Shown here piece after piece: positions 20,669 to 29,872 of a DNA stretch of 64,000 nucleotides (positions are counted from its first letter, which is position 1; each line of letters opens with the position of its first letter). A program made the position numbers and the translations under genes. The DNA lies in assembly GCA_963663545.1 (NCBI GenBank), contig OY760505.1:3328001-3392000 (forward strand), in the 5' to 3' direction. Source of the stretch: Candidatus Delongbacteria bacterium (GTDB taxonomy: Bacteria; CAIWAD01). Under the pieces are notes generated by a model. The model saw nothing but the letters and a program-made list of their open reading frames with translations, made no database searches and had not been told where the DNA came from.

Positions 20669-22207
20669 GTGGTGCAGGAGATTCAGGAAGTCCAGATCGA
20701 GTACCTCAGCTTGGAAGACTACCAAGAGCTGAGGCGTGCTAACTCAAACGCATATACCAGCATGCCCTCGTTCTACTGGACCGAGGCGCAAATCGCTTCC
20801 CTGCTCGAGAAATTCCCCGAAGGCCAGATCGTCATCAAGGTCAACGGGCAGATCGCTGGTGGAGCGCTGAGTATTATCGTGGACTCCGCCAGCTTCGAGG
20901 AATCCCATTCCTACGAAGAAATCACCGGCAATTACAGCTTCGATACGCATCAACCCGACGGCGACCTGCTCTACGGCATCGACGTGTTCGTCAAACCCGA
21001 ATTCCGTGGTCTGCGCTTGGGACGGCGCATGTACGATTACCGCAAGGATCTTTGCGAGCGCATGAACCTGCGCTCCATCCTCTTTGGCGGGCGCATCCCC
21101 AACTATCACAAGTATTCCAGCGAGATGTCACCAAAGCAGTACCTGGGGAAGGTCCGTTCGCGTGAGATCCACGATCCGGTGCTGAATTTCCAGCTTTCCA
21201 ACGATTTCCATCCGGTGCGCATTCTCAAGGGCTATTTGAAGGAAGACCTGGCTTCGGGTGAATACGCCGTGTTGCTGAAGTGGGACAATATCTACTACGA
21301 GAAGCCCAGTAACAGCCCGAACATCAACCGGCGCGTGATACGTCTGGGCATTGTGCAGTGGCAGATGCGTCCTTACAACAGCCTTGAAGAACTGATGCGC
21401 CAGGCCGAATACTTCGTCGACGCGCTCAGTGGCTACAAAAGCGATTTTGCCTTGCTGCCTGAGTTCTTCAATGCCCCGCTAATGGCGCGCTTCAACCATT
21501 TGAGCGAAGTGGACGCCATCCGGCAACTGGCCAGCTTCACCCAGGACATTGTGCAGGCCTTTGGCCGCCTGGCTATTTCCTACAACATCAATATCATCAC
21601 CGGCAGCATGCCCGAGATGGTGGACGGCGTACTCTATAATGTCGGCTACCTTTGCCGGCGCGATGGTAGTGTTGAGCGCTTCGAGAAGCTGCACGTGACA
21701 CCGGACGAAGACCGCTGCTGGGCCATGCGCGGCGGCTCGCAGCTGCGCAGTTTTGACACCGACTGCGGTCGCATCGGCATTCTGATCTGCTACGATGTGG
21801 AGTTCCCCGAATTGTCGCGCTTGCTGGCGGACGAAGGCATGAATGTGCTTTTTGTGCCCTTCCTGACGGACACACAGAACGGATACTCGCGCATTCGCAG
21901 CTGCGCCCAGGCGCGCGCCATCGAGAACGAATGCTACGTGGCCATAGCCGGTAGCGTAGGCAACCTGCCCAATGTGCACAACATGGACATCGCCTATGCG
22001 CAGTCGATGGTGTTCACGCCCTGCGATTTTGCCTTTCCCACCAACGGTGTCAAGGCGGAAGCCACACCCAATACCGAGATGATTCTGATCGCCGATGTGG
22101 ATCTGGATCTGTTAACGGGGTTGAACAAACTGGGCAGCGTGCGCAACTTGCGCGATCGTCGCAAGGACCTCTTCCAGTTGAGGCGACTGGGGCCTGAGGC
22201 GAAGTAA
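20669..22207 (+). CDS. Bifunctional GNAT N-acetyltransferase / carbon-nitrogen hydrolase
   Basis: GNAT FRGLRLGRRMY; nitrilase triad motifs LPEFF, EKLH and ICYDVEFPE. Confidence 0.9.
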   Translation: MVQEIQEVQIEYLSLEDYQELRRANSNAYTSMPSFYWTEAQIASLLEKFPEGQIVIKVNGQIAGGALSIIVDSASFEESHSYEEITGNYSFDTHQPDGDLLYGIDVFVKPEFRGLRLGRRMYDYRKDLCERMNLRSILFGGRIPNYHKYSSEMSPKQYLGKVRSREIHDPVLNFQLSNDFHPVRILKGYLKEDLASGEYAVLLKWDNIYYEKPSNSPNINRRVIRLGIVQWQMRPYNSLEELMRQAEYFVDALSGYKSDFALLPEFFNAPLMARFNHLSEVDAIRQLASFTQDIVQAFGRLAISYNINIITGSMPEMVDGVLYNVGYLCRRDGSVERFEKLHVTPDEDRCWAMRGGSQLRSFDTDCGRIGILICYDVEFPELSRLLADEGMNVLFVPFLTDTQNGYSRIRSCAQARAIENECYVAIAGSVGNLPNVHNMDIAYAQSMVFTPCDFAFPTNGVKAEATPNTEMILIADVDLDLLTGLNKLGSVRNLRDRRKDLFQLRRLGPEAK

Positions 22208-22208
22208 A

Positions 22209-22229
22209 AAGGCCGCATGGCGCGGCCTT
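22209..22229. terminator. Hairpin terminator
   Basis: AAGGCCGC-atggc-GCGGCCTT immediately after the stop codon. Confidence 0.55.
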
Positions 22230-22258
22230 CTATCTGGCAAAGCACTTCGTTAACCGGA

Positions 22259-22459
22259 CTAGAGCATGGATCCCGTGGGTGCCATGTTATCGGCCGGGGG
22301 GGGCGCCGGTTGCCTTGCGGATCGCTTTGCGCCTGCATCATTCAGATTTGCCCTGGTCGGCGCAGTACATCTTTATCCAGCCTTCTTGATCACTTCCGAG
22401 TTGCCTCAGAAGTTGTTGAAGAAACCACATTTGGAAAGCAATTCGCATTCAGTGCACAT
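22259..22459 (-). pseudogene. Probable degraded small Cys-rich protein gene
   Basis: RBS GAGGA then MCTECELLSKCGFFNNF*GNSEVIK / GWIKMYCADQGKSE*CRRKAIRKATGAP / PADNMAPTGSML; needs two TGA read-throughs and two frameshifts. Confidence 0.5.
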
Positions 22460-22688
22460 GGGTCCATCCTCTTGATTGCCCCTCATCCAAACCTGATTGC
22501 AGGAGGTCTTGAAAAGGTGTTTGTTGCGCCACTTGTTGTGCGGCCCTTATTCGTCGGCATTGCGTTCTGTTCGGTTTACTCTGTAACAAACCTATGATTT
22601 AGAAAATGATCTGTATGAAATGAGGATACGAAGCTGTGAGTGTCGCTTGTGACGAAAAAAGAGGAATCCTGGCGGAGTCGGAAAAAGA

Positions 22689-22714
22689 AAGCGGTCACCC
22701 GAAGGTGACCGCTT
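22689..22714 (-). terminator. Rho-independent terminator of rpsT
   Basis: AAGCGGTCACC-cgaa-GGTGACCGCTT with an A-tract on the + strand side. Confidence 0.8.
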
Positions 22715-22736
22715 GTGCTGCTTTCGGCAGGCTGGA

Positions 22737-22994
22737 TTAGTCGGCCAAACCGTTCACGAGGCGGTTTAGCGCGGACTTGCGATTGGACGCCGCATTGGCT
22801 TTAATCACGCCCTTGCAAACCAGACGATCCAGCAGACTGCTAACCAGACGCAACTGGGCCTGAGCGGCCTCGGGCTGATTCTGCTCACGCAGTTTGCGAA
22901 TCTCCGTCCGCATACGGGAACGATAGGCGCGATTGCGCGCATTGGCTTCGCCGCTGGTGCGGATTCGCTTGATGCAAGACTTGTGATGGGCCAT
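22737..22994 (-). CDS. rpsT: 30S ribosomal protein S20
   Basis: MAHHKSCIKRIRTS...RNRAYRSRMRT...KGVIKANAASNRKS; 85 aa. Confidence 0.95.
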   Translation of the reverse strand: MAHHKSCIKRIRTSGEANARNRAYRSRMRTEIRKLREQNQPEAAQAQLRLVSSLLDRLVCKGVIKANAASNRKSALNRLVNGLAD

Positions 22995-23026
22995 TGTAAC
23001 TTCCAATCTATCCAGTACCTGAACCA

Positions 23027-23110
23027 TGCCGGGAGCGGGACTTGAACCCGCATGTCCATACGGACACACGCACCTGAAACGTGCGCGTCTACCAATTCCG
23101 CCACCCCGGC
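23027..23110 (-). tRNA. tRNA-Leu(CAG), CCA not encoded
   Basis: GCCGGGGTGGCGGAATTGGTAGACGC...CACGT-TTCAGGT-GCGTG, long variable arm, GGTTCAAGTCC, CCCGGCA. Confidence 0.95.
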
Positions 23111-23294
23111 GAAAGACAGACCCCCAAACTATACGATTAGGTCTGATAAGTCAAGCGACCCAGCCGAAAAAAGTGCAAAATCCACATTTTCTGCAATCGC
23201 TCGCGGGACCGTCTACGTTGGCGGCTATGCGACTGATACCTTACATTGGTCGCTTTCGGGTCAACCCGAATCAAGTCTGCTTTTGAGGTGTGTG

Positions 23295-23750
23295 ATGTCC
23301 TATACATTGCCAAGTCCCTACGCCGTTTGTTCCGCTGTTGAAGCAACAGATCGCGAGGGCCTGATTCGCACGTTGGGCAAAGCGCTTGAAGGCGCGCCCC
23401 AGGTGGGAGATCTGGATACGTTCATTCGCCAGCTGCTGCGAAGAGAGGCCGAAACGCCCACCGGGCTGGAGAAGGGCTGCGCTTTGCCGCACGCGCGCTC
23501 CAGCGAAGTGGACGAAATCGTGCTGGTGGTTGGCCGCAGCGTGCAACCCATCGACTTTGGTGCCCACGACGGTCCGGCCCGCCTTTTCTTCCTGTTCGGC
23601 GTTCCCGAGCACTGCATCACACAGTATTTGAAACTTGTGGCGCGTCTGTCCATGTTGTTGAAGGATGATTCCTTCCGCGACGAACTGCTGGCAGCCGCCG
23701 ATGACAAGGCCTTGCGCGGGGTCATCGAACAGGCTCGCGCACGCTTCTAA
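23295..23750 (+). CDS. PTS IIA domain protein (PtsN/fructose IIA-like)
   Basis: REAETPTGLEKGCALPHAR and IDFGAHDG. Confidence 0.88.
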   Translation: MSYTLPSPYAVCSAVEATDREGLIRTLGKALEGAPQVGDLDTFIRQLLRREAETPTGLEKGCALPHARSSEVDEIVLVVGRSVQPIDFGAHDGPARLFFLFGVPEHCITQYLKLVARLSMLLKDDSFRDELLAAADDKALRGVIEQARARF

Positions 23751-23782
23751 GGCCGCGGCCCCAACGGGCCTGGAGGTACGCT

Positions 23783-23974
23783 ATGTTCGGACATTGGGAA
23801 TTCTGGGTGATCATTCTGGCCGTGCTGCTGCTCTTTGGTGGCAAGCGCGTGCCCGAGCTGGCCCGTGGGCTGGGGCGTGCCATGAACGAGTTCCGTCGTG
23901 GAATGCGGGAGAGCGTGGACGAGGTCAGCAAGGAGCTTGATGAGAAGTCCACGGATGGCCCGGACAACAAGTGA
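23783..23974 (+). CDS. tatA: Twin-arginine translocase TatA/TatE subunit
   Basis: LLLFGGKRVPELARGLGRAMNEFR. Confidence 0.93.
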   Translation: MFGHWEFWVIILAVLLLFGGKRVPELARGLGRAMNEFRRGMRESVDEVSKELDEKSTDGPDNK

Positions 23975-24563
23975 CAGCACCGAGCTGCTCGATCTGCTTC
24001 GGCAGGGCGGGCTGCTTCTACTTCCTACCGATACCCTGTTTGGTCTTGCCGCACGGGCTGATTCCTGCGAGGCCTGCGAACGTTTGGCCGGGCTTAAGGG
24101 GCGCGATCCCGCCAAAGCGCTTCCTGTGGTGTTTCGTGATACAGTTCAGCTTTACGAGTGGATTCCACAAGCGCAGGCGCACACCAAGCTCATCGACGCG
24201 CTGCTTCCCGGCGCCCTGACCCTGGTCCTGCCAGGTTCGATACGCTTGGGTGCAGTCCGCAACGATTGGGCTGTCAGCGTGGGGATTCGCATTCCCGGCG
24301 CATGTCCCGCAAGCGAGTTGTTTGAGCAACTCCCCTGGCCGCTGGCGCTGTCGTCGGCGAATCTATCCGGTGATCCCGATCCGCGTTTCAGCCGGGAGCT
24401 GCATCCCGCCCTACTGGAGGGAGTGGACGCCATTTTGCCGGGTGAGCCGCTTCTGGGGCAGGCGACAACGGTGGTCGATCTTCGCAGAAATCCCCCCGCT
24501 ATTCTGCGCCTGGGGGTGGTAAGCGAGAATCAACTGCGGCAGCAAATCGGGAGTAGCCTGTGA
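23955..24563 (+). CDS. tsaC: L-threonylcarbamoyladenylate synthase (TsaC/Sua5/YrdC family)
   Basis: LPTDTLFGL, LKGR, PGALTLVL, VGIRIP, SSANLSG. Confidence 0.85.
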   Translation: MARTTSDSTELLDLLRQGGLLLLPTDTLFGLAARADSCEACERLAGLKGRDPAKALPVVFRDTVQLYEWIPQAQAHTKLIDALLPGALTLVLPGSIRLGAVRNDWAVSVGIRIPGACPASELFEQLPWPLALSSANLSGDPDPRFSRELHPALLEGVDAILPGEPLLGQATTVVDLRRNPPAILRLGVVSENQLRQQIGSSL

Positions 24564-25318
24564 TACGAACTGCGCTGCTCTTGCTGGTGTTGCTGGCTTC
24601 GACGCTGTCCGCGCGTACGCAATGCTGCTTCAGCCTGGGAGAGAAAATCACCTTTGACGTGGGGTGGGGGCTGATCAACGCCGGCACTGCGGTTCTGGAA
24701 ATCGCGGATACTCTCACTCTGCGCGGCAGCCCCGTCTGGCGCATCGAAAGCAGCGCCCGCAGCAACCGCGCCCTAAGCGTGCTCTATCCGGTTCGCGACC
24801 GCGTCCTCACCTTCATGGATCGCGAAGGCTTCTACAGTCATGGCATGGAGAAATACCTGCGCGAGGGGGGATACAAGAGCGACCGAATTTTCGAATTTGA
24901 CTATCCCGACCAAGTCGCCCGTCGTTACAAACACGGTGTTGCCGTGGATAGCGTGCGTCTGGCCAAGCACGTTCAGGATGTGCTGTCCGCCTTTTACTGG
25001 GTGCGTACGCAGGAGCTGGAAGTTGGCCGCAGCCTGCAGATGGAAGCCATGGATGATCTCAAATCCTACCGCATGGTTGTGCAGGTGTTGGGGCGCGAAC
25101 GGGTCAAGGTCAAAGCTGGCCGCTTCGATTGCTTCCTTGTGCAGCCGCTGCTATTGGGCGAGGGCCTCTTCAAGAGCGAGGGCGAAGTCTTCATCTGGCT
25201 CAGTGCCGACGAACGGCACATTCCCGTGAAGATGCGCAGCGAGATCTTTATTGGTGCCATCAGCGCGGTCATGACCGATTACCAACCCGGTCATTGCATT
25301 GAGAGCGTGCTGCCCTGA
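24560..25318 (+). CDS. DUF3108-like exported protein
   Basis: Signal peptide; GEKITFDVGWG, QDVLSAFY, VKAGRFDC, WLSADERHIPVK. Confidence 0.75.
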   Translation: MIRTALLLLVLLASTLSARTQCCFSLGEKITFDVGWGLINAGTAVLEIADTLTLRGSPVWRIESSARSNRALSVLYPVRDRVLTFMDREGFYSHGMEKYLREGGYKSDRIFEFDYPDQVARRYKHGVAVDSVRLAKHVQDVLSAFYWVRTQELEVGRSLQMEAMDDLKSYRMVVQVLGRERVKVKAGRFDCFLVQPLLLGEGLFKSEGEVFIWLSADERHIPVKMRSEIFIGAISAVMTDYQPGHCIESVLP

Positions 25319-25411
25319 TCTGCGTCCTGCCAATTTCCCTACGTTTAGCACTAGAATATCAGGGCGGAGTTTATAAGATTGTCCGCCCTAACTTTGAGTC
25401 CTGAGGTGAAT

Positions 25412-25645
25412 ATGACCCTCGCAGCCCTGCATCCCGGCCAAAGCGCCCGCATTACCCGAGTCAACGGAACCGGTCCCGTCAGCCGTCGCATGGCGGACAT
25501 GGGCCTTGTACCCGGACAGGAAATCCAGCTCATCCGGCTTGCCCCGCTGGGGGATCCGCTGGATCTGACCCTGATGGGCTACCGCCTTTCTCTCCGCAGA
25601 GAAGAGGCCTTGCAGGTGGATGTAGAATTATTGCTGGAGTCATGA
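25412..25645 (+). CDS. feoA: Ferrous iron transport protein A
   Basis: RRMADMGLVPG, APLGDP, LSLRREEA. Confidence 0.93.
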   Translation: MTLAALHPGQSARITRVNGTGPVSRRMADMGLVPGQEIQLIRLAPLGDPLDLTLMGYRLSLRREEALQVDVELLLES

Positions 25646-25863
25646 TGGAATACGCAGCGCTCGCCCTCATCGTCGTGGCCGCGCTCGTGCTGGTTTGGCG
25701 CAGTTTGCGGCGCGGATCCTGTCCCGCTGGCGACCCCAAAGCACCTAGCGACAGTGCCTGTTGTGGTACATGCGCCCTGGCGGACAGTTGTGCCCTGCCT
25801 GGGAAGTCGGACGATGCCGTCGAGACTTCGAATGATGCAGCTTCGATGCGGGAGCCTTCATGA
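25642..25863 (+). CDS. FeoB-associated Cys-rich membrane protein
   Basis: N-terminal TM then C...CCGTC..C; lies between feoA and feoB. Confidence 0.75.
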   Translation: MMEYAALALIVVAALVLVWRSLRRGSCPAGDPKAPSDSACCGTCALADSCALPGKSDDAVETSNDAASMREPS

Positions 25864-28235
25864 GTCTGTGGCGGTCCGCACTCGGACAACGGTCGGATGA
25901 ACACAACTGTGCAGGGGGCGGAGTAGCCCAAGGGCGCGGACGATGGCGGGGTCGCGAGCGACGCTTGCACAGTCGTCAGGTGCAGTGGGCGTGTCACAGT
26001 GCCTGTGATCCATCGCGTCGTGATACAAACCTGAGCCGCATAGCGCTGGCAGGAAATCCCAATGCAGGCAAGACTTCGGTCTTCAACCTGTTGACCGGTG
26101 CACGTCAGCACGTGGCGAATTTTCCCGGAGTCACCGTCGAGCGCAAAGAGGGCGAGGCTGAGTGTTGTGGATGCGCGGTGACCGTCGTTGATCTGCCCGG
26201 CACCTACTCGCTGACGGCTTATTCCATTGAGGAAATTGTAGCACGCAACTACCTAGTGGACGAGCGACCCGATTTGGTGGTGGATGTGCTGGACACCAGT
26301 AATCTGCAGCGCAACCTCTACCTGGCGACTCAGTTGCTGGAGTTGGAGCTCCCGCTGGTGCTGGTGGCCAACATGGTCGATGTAGCACGCCGACGCGGCA
26401 TGCATGTGGACCTGGATGAGCTTGCCCGTCAGCTGAAGTTGCCGGTAGTCGCCATGGAGGGCCACCGCGGCAATGGTCTGCACGAGCTACGGCAGGTGAT
26501 ACACGGCTGTCTGAATTGTTCAGGCGAAGATGAGCGGCCCTGTCCAGGAAAGGATGGCCGCCGCGTCGAGTTCGGTGAATCCGTCGAAACTCTGGTGGGC
26601 TGGCTGGAGCAGGAAATCGACCGCCACTGGCGCGCCGAGGTTCGCACTCATCCACCGGCACGCTGGCTTGCGTTGCGATTGTTGGAACGCGATGCCCGCG
26701 TACGCGATCATCTGCACCTCTGGCTGCATCACGCCTGTCGGATTCAGGAGAAGGCCGAGGAAATCTCCGCGGGAATCGAAGAGACCACTGGCGTACACAC
26801 CGAAATTTATCTCGCAAACAGGCGTTACGAGTTCATTCAGCAACTAATGCAGGCCTGCCGCTTGGAGCAGCCGCGTCGCAGCCTAGGTGGTTTTCGCACG
26901 GATCGCGTAGATCGAGTTTTGCTACACCGCTTCTGGGGTGTGCCCATCTTCCTGGGGCTGATGTTCTTCACTTTCTGGCTGACCTTTACCCTGGGAGCCA
27001 TTCCCATGGGCTGGATCGAGTCGGGCATCGGACTTCTGGCCGGCTGGCTGGACGGCGTCTGGCCCGGCGGTGGCCCGCTCAAAGGATTGGTGCTGGATGG
27101 CGTGTTGGGCGGAGTCGGCGGCGTGCTGGTCTTCCTCCCCAATATCCTGTTGCTCTTCACTTGCCTGAGCCTGATGGAGGACACGGGCTACATGGCTCGC
27201 GCCGCCTTCCTGCTGGACCGTCTGATGCAGCGTATTGGGCTGCACGGCAAGGCGTTTATCCCGCTGCTGACGGGCTTCGGATGCAGCATTCCCGGCATCA
27301 TGGGAACGCGTGTGATGGAAAACGAGCGTGATCGTTTGCTGACCATTCTGGTGTTGCCGCTGATGAGTTGCGGCGCGCGGCTTCCCATCTACCTGCTCAT
27401 TATTCCGGCCTTCTTCCCGGCCAAGTTGCACGCGGGCATGCTATTCAGCATCTACCTGATCGGCGTTGTGTTGGCGGTGGCACTGGCCAAACTGCTGAAG
27501 ATCTCGGTTTTTCGCGGCGCTGCTACGCCCTTTGTCATGGAAATGCCGCCCTACAAACTGCCCACTCTGCGTAGCGTGATGCTGCAATTGCGCAACCGCA
27601 GCTGGATGTACGTGCACAAGGCGGGCACGCTGATTCTGGGAGTGTCCGTGCTCTTGTGGGTGATGGCTAGTTTGCCCAAACCATCGACGTATCACAATGA
27701 CTACGACGGAATTCGCCAGAACCTGCTTGCAAAGACGGCTCAAGTGGAAGGTGTATCACCGGCAGAGCTGATCATCGATCAACTACCGACCGCTGTTGCT
27801 GACAGCCTGATTCGTCTGGATAATCTGCAGGCGGAGGAGGATCTCGAATACTCGCTGCTTGGACGTCTGGGCAAAGCCATCGAACCCGTGATGCGGCCGA
27901 TGGGCTTTGACTGGAAGATCAGCGCCAGCTTCCTGGGGGCCTTTGCGGCCAAGGAGGTCTTTGTAGCACAAATGGGCGTCGTCTACGCTATGGGTGAGAC
28001 GGACGAAGGCAGTACGGGGCTGCGTGAGATTCTGCGGGAACGCTACCGGCCACTGGTGGGCTTCTGCATCATGCTTTTTGCGCTGATCGCAACCCCCTGC
28101 ATGGCTACCTTTGCGGTGACACGGCGTGAGACAGGTTCGATTCGCTGGGCTTGGTTCCAGCTGCTCGGGCTGACGGCGGTTGCCTGGATGTTGACGACTC
28201 TTGTTTACCAAATGGGTAGTCTGCTCGGATTTTGA
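25860..28235 (+). CDS. feoB: Ferrous iron transport protein B
   Basis: GNPNAGKTS, NFPGVTVE, DLPGTYSL, GFGCSIP, MSCGARLP, FAAKEVFV. Confidence 0.95.
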   Translation: MSLWRSALGQRSDEHNCAGGGVAQGRGRWRGRERRLHSRQVQWACHSACDPSRRDTNLSRIALAGNPNAGKTSVFNLLTGARQHVANFPGVTVERKEGEAECCGCAVTVVDLPGTYSLTAYSIEEIVARNYLVDERPDLVVDVLDTSNLQRNLYLATQLLELELPLVLVANMVDVARRRGMHVDLDELARQLKLPVVAMEGHRGNGLHELRQVIHGCLNCSGEDERPCPGKDGRRVEFGESVETLVGWLEQEIDRHWRAEVRTHPPARWLALRLLERDARVRDHLHLWLHHACRIQEKAEEISAGIEETTGVHTEIYLANRRYEFIQQLMQACRLEQPRRSLGGFRTDRVDRVLLHRFWGVPIFLGLMFFTFWLTFTLGAIPMGWIESGIGLLAGWLDGVWPGGGPLKGLVLDGVLGGVGGVLVFLPNILLLFTCLSLMEDTGYMARAAFLLDRLMQRIGLHGKAFIPLLTGFGCSIPGIMGTRVMENERDRLLTILVLPLMSCGARLPIYLLIIPAFFPAKLHAGMLFSIYLIGVVLAVALAKLLKISVFRGAATPFVMEMPPYKLPTLRSVMLQLRNRSWMYVHKAGTLILGVSVLLWVMASLPKPSTYHNDYDGIRQNLLAKTAQVEGVSPAELIIDQLPTAVADSLIRLDNLQAEEDLEYSLLGRLGKAIEPVMRPMGFDWKISASFLGAFAAKEVFVAQMGVVYAMGETDEGSTGLREILRERYRPLVGFCIMLFALIATPCMATFAVTRRETGSIRWAWFQLLGLTAVAWMLTTLVYQMGSLLGF

Positions 28236-28244
28236 GAAAGGCTA

Positions 28245-29063
28245 CTAACTGCGGCGGCGGGGAGGCTTGATCCAGCCACTGCGCGGGCAGAGGCGTGCGA
28301 GAGTCCGCATAAGTGTGATGCGGCGTCGGCCTTTGGCCCACTCCTCGGAAGGGAGTCCGGGAAAGAGTTCGCGTCCGGCACAGCGATTTGCTTCGGCCAG
28401 TTTTTGCCTGAAACCACCGGGCAGATCCTCAATATGATGTGTCACCATGGGACCCTCCGGAAAGCAGCGGAAGCGACCGCCCCACTGATTCCAGCAGCGA
28501 CGCAGCAGGCCGGGAATGTGCACCGGTTCCAACTCGCGAATGCGTAATGCCTTTAGCCCGTGATCCTGCAAGTAGTTGGCTACGTGACACTCAGCGTGTT
28601 GATGAAAATCCACCAGACCCGGATGCGCCTGCAACACGCTGCGTCGCACGAGCGCCAGATCCAGTGCTTGACTGCTCCAGCGATCCTGCCAGAAGGCAGA
28701 GGCCCAGTCGGCGTTTTCCTGTTCTAGATGGTTCAGTGTATCACGCAGCAACCGGTCGTCAAAAAGCCAGGTATCCGCTTCCAGCAGCAGCACCCATTCG
28801 CATTGAGGGGGAAGATGTGGAATGGAGGCCAACAGCAGTTGAGCATTGCCGCCGATGTGCCCCGCGTTATGCGTCAACTCAAGAATGGAATCTGCTGCCG
28901 CGCGGACATCCGCGGGAATCTCGAATCCCCGTGATACACCGTTGCTCACGATCATCAACTGCGTAGCAATCCGCCAGTGCTCCTTGACGCAGCGCACCGC
29001 CACCTGCAGATCCTGCATGCGATCGTGAACACGTATCACAACTGCCAGCGGTGCCTGTGTCAT
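28245..29063 (-). CDS. Glycosyltransferase family 2-like protein
   Basis: VVIRVHDR, IVSNG, LLEADTW; within the LPS operon. Confidence 0.6.
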   Translation of the reverse strand: MTQAPLAVVIRVHDRMQDLQVAVRCVKEHWRIATQLMIVSNGVSRGFEIPADVRAAADSILELTHNAGHIGGNAQLLLASIPHLPPQCEWVLLLEADTWLFDDRLLRDTLNHLEQENADWASAFWQDRWSSQALDLALVRRSVLQAHPGLVDFHQHAECHVANYLQDHGLKALRIRELEPVHIPGLLRRCWNQWGGRFRCFPEGPMVTHHIEDLPGGFRQKLAEANRCAGRELFPGLPSEEWAKGRRRITLMRTLARLCPRSGWIKPPRRRS

Positions 29064-29872
29064 CTCAAACCCTTAAAGAAACGGGCGATGCGTGAACCAA
29101 GACGATTGTCAAGAAGCGCAACGCGCTGAAGATCCACTTCGTTTAGCCACTCCACCAGCAGATCCGTGTGATCCGCGTAGAGCTTGAGGTGACGTTCGCG
29201 AATGCGCGCAAATGCTTGTGCTTCCATCATGCGTGAACTGCGCTTGGAGAGCGACTTCTGTCGTTGTTGCGGCTTGCGGTATTCGAAGAGCTCCTCTTCG
29301 ATGCGGTGGATGCGACCACCCAGTTCCAGCAAGCTTAGCCAGAAGTCGTAATCAATACGAATGGGCAACTCTTCGCAGTAACCGCCGACTCGCTCCCAAT
29401 CTTTCCGGCGGTACAGTGAAGAAACATGCAGCAGATTACGTCGCAGGAGGCTGCGCATGGTATACGCGGGTAGTTCCCAGGGACCGGTCTTAGCGTCGAA
29501 GTAGCGCGCCTTGCAGGTTACGACGCGCACGTCGTCATGGTTCTGGAAGACCCGCAGGGCTTTCTCGACATAGGTGGGCAGCAGTCGGTCGTCGTTCAGA
29601 GGCAGAATGAACTCGCCCCTTGCTGCAGTTACGCCCGTGTTCAAAGCAGCGGAGGGACCGCCGTTTTCTCGATGCAGCAGACGTGTGCGCGGACGCTCGA
29701 AGTTCTTCAAGAGGCGCAGGGTTTCGGCTTCGTCGCTGCCGTCGTTGACGACGATGACCTCCAATTCTGGCCAGGTTTGCGCGAGAGCCGAATCCACAGC
29801 TTCAGCCAAATAGCGTCCCTGATTCCAGCACGGGATCACGACACTGACCAAGGGCGCATCCGACGCGTTCAT
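29060..29872 (-). CDS. Glycosyltransferase family 2
   Basis: VSVVIPCWNQGRYL, VNDGSD, NGGPSAALNTG, DYDFWL. Confidence 0.9.
   Translation of the reverse strand: MNASDAPLVSVVIPCWNQGRYLAEAVDSALAQTWPELEVIVVNDGSDEAETLRLLKNFERPRTRLLHRENGGPSAALNTGVTAARGEFILPLNDDRLLPTYVEKALRVFQNHDDVRVVTCKARYFDAKTGPWELPAYTMRSLLRRNLLHVSSLYRRKDWERVGGYCEELPIRIDYDFWLSLLELGGRIHRIEEELFEYRKPQQRQKSLSKRSSRMMEAQAFARIRERHLKLYADHTDLLVEWLNEVDLQRVALLDNRLGSRIARFFKGLR

Noticed and set aside
23027..23110. tRNA-Leu as an integration site
   Set aside because: No integrase and no duplicated tRNA 3' end seen; flanks are housekeeping genes.
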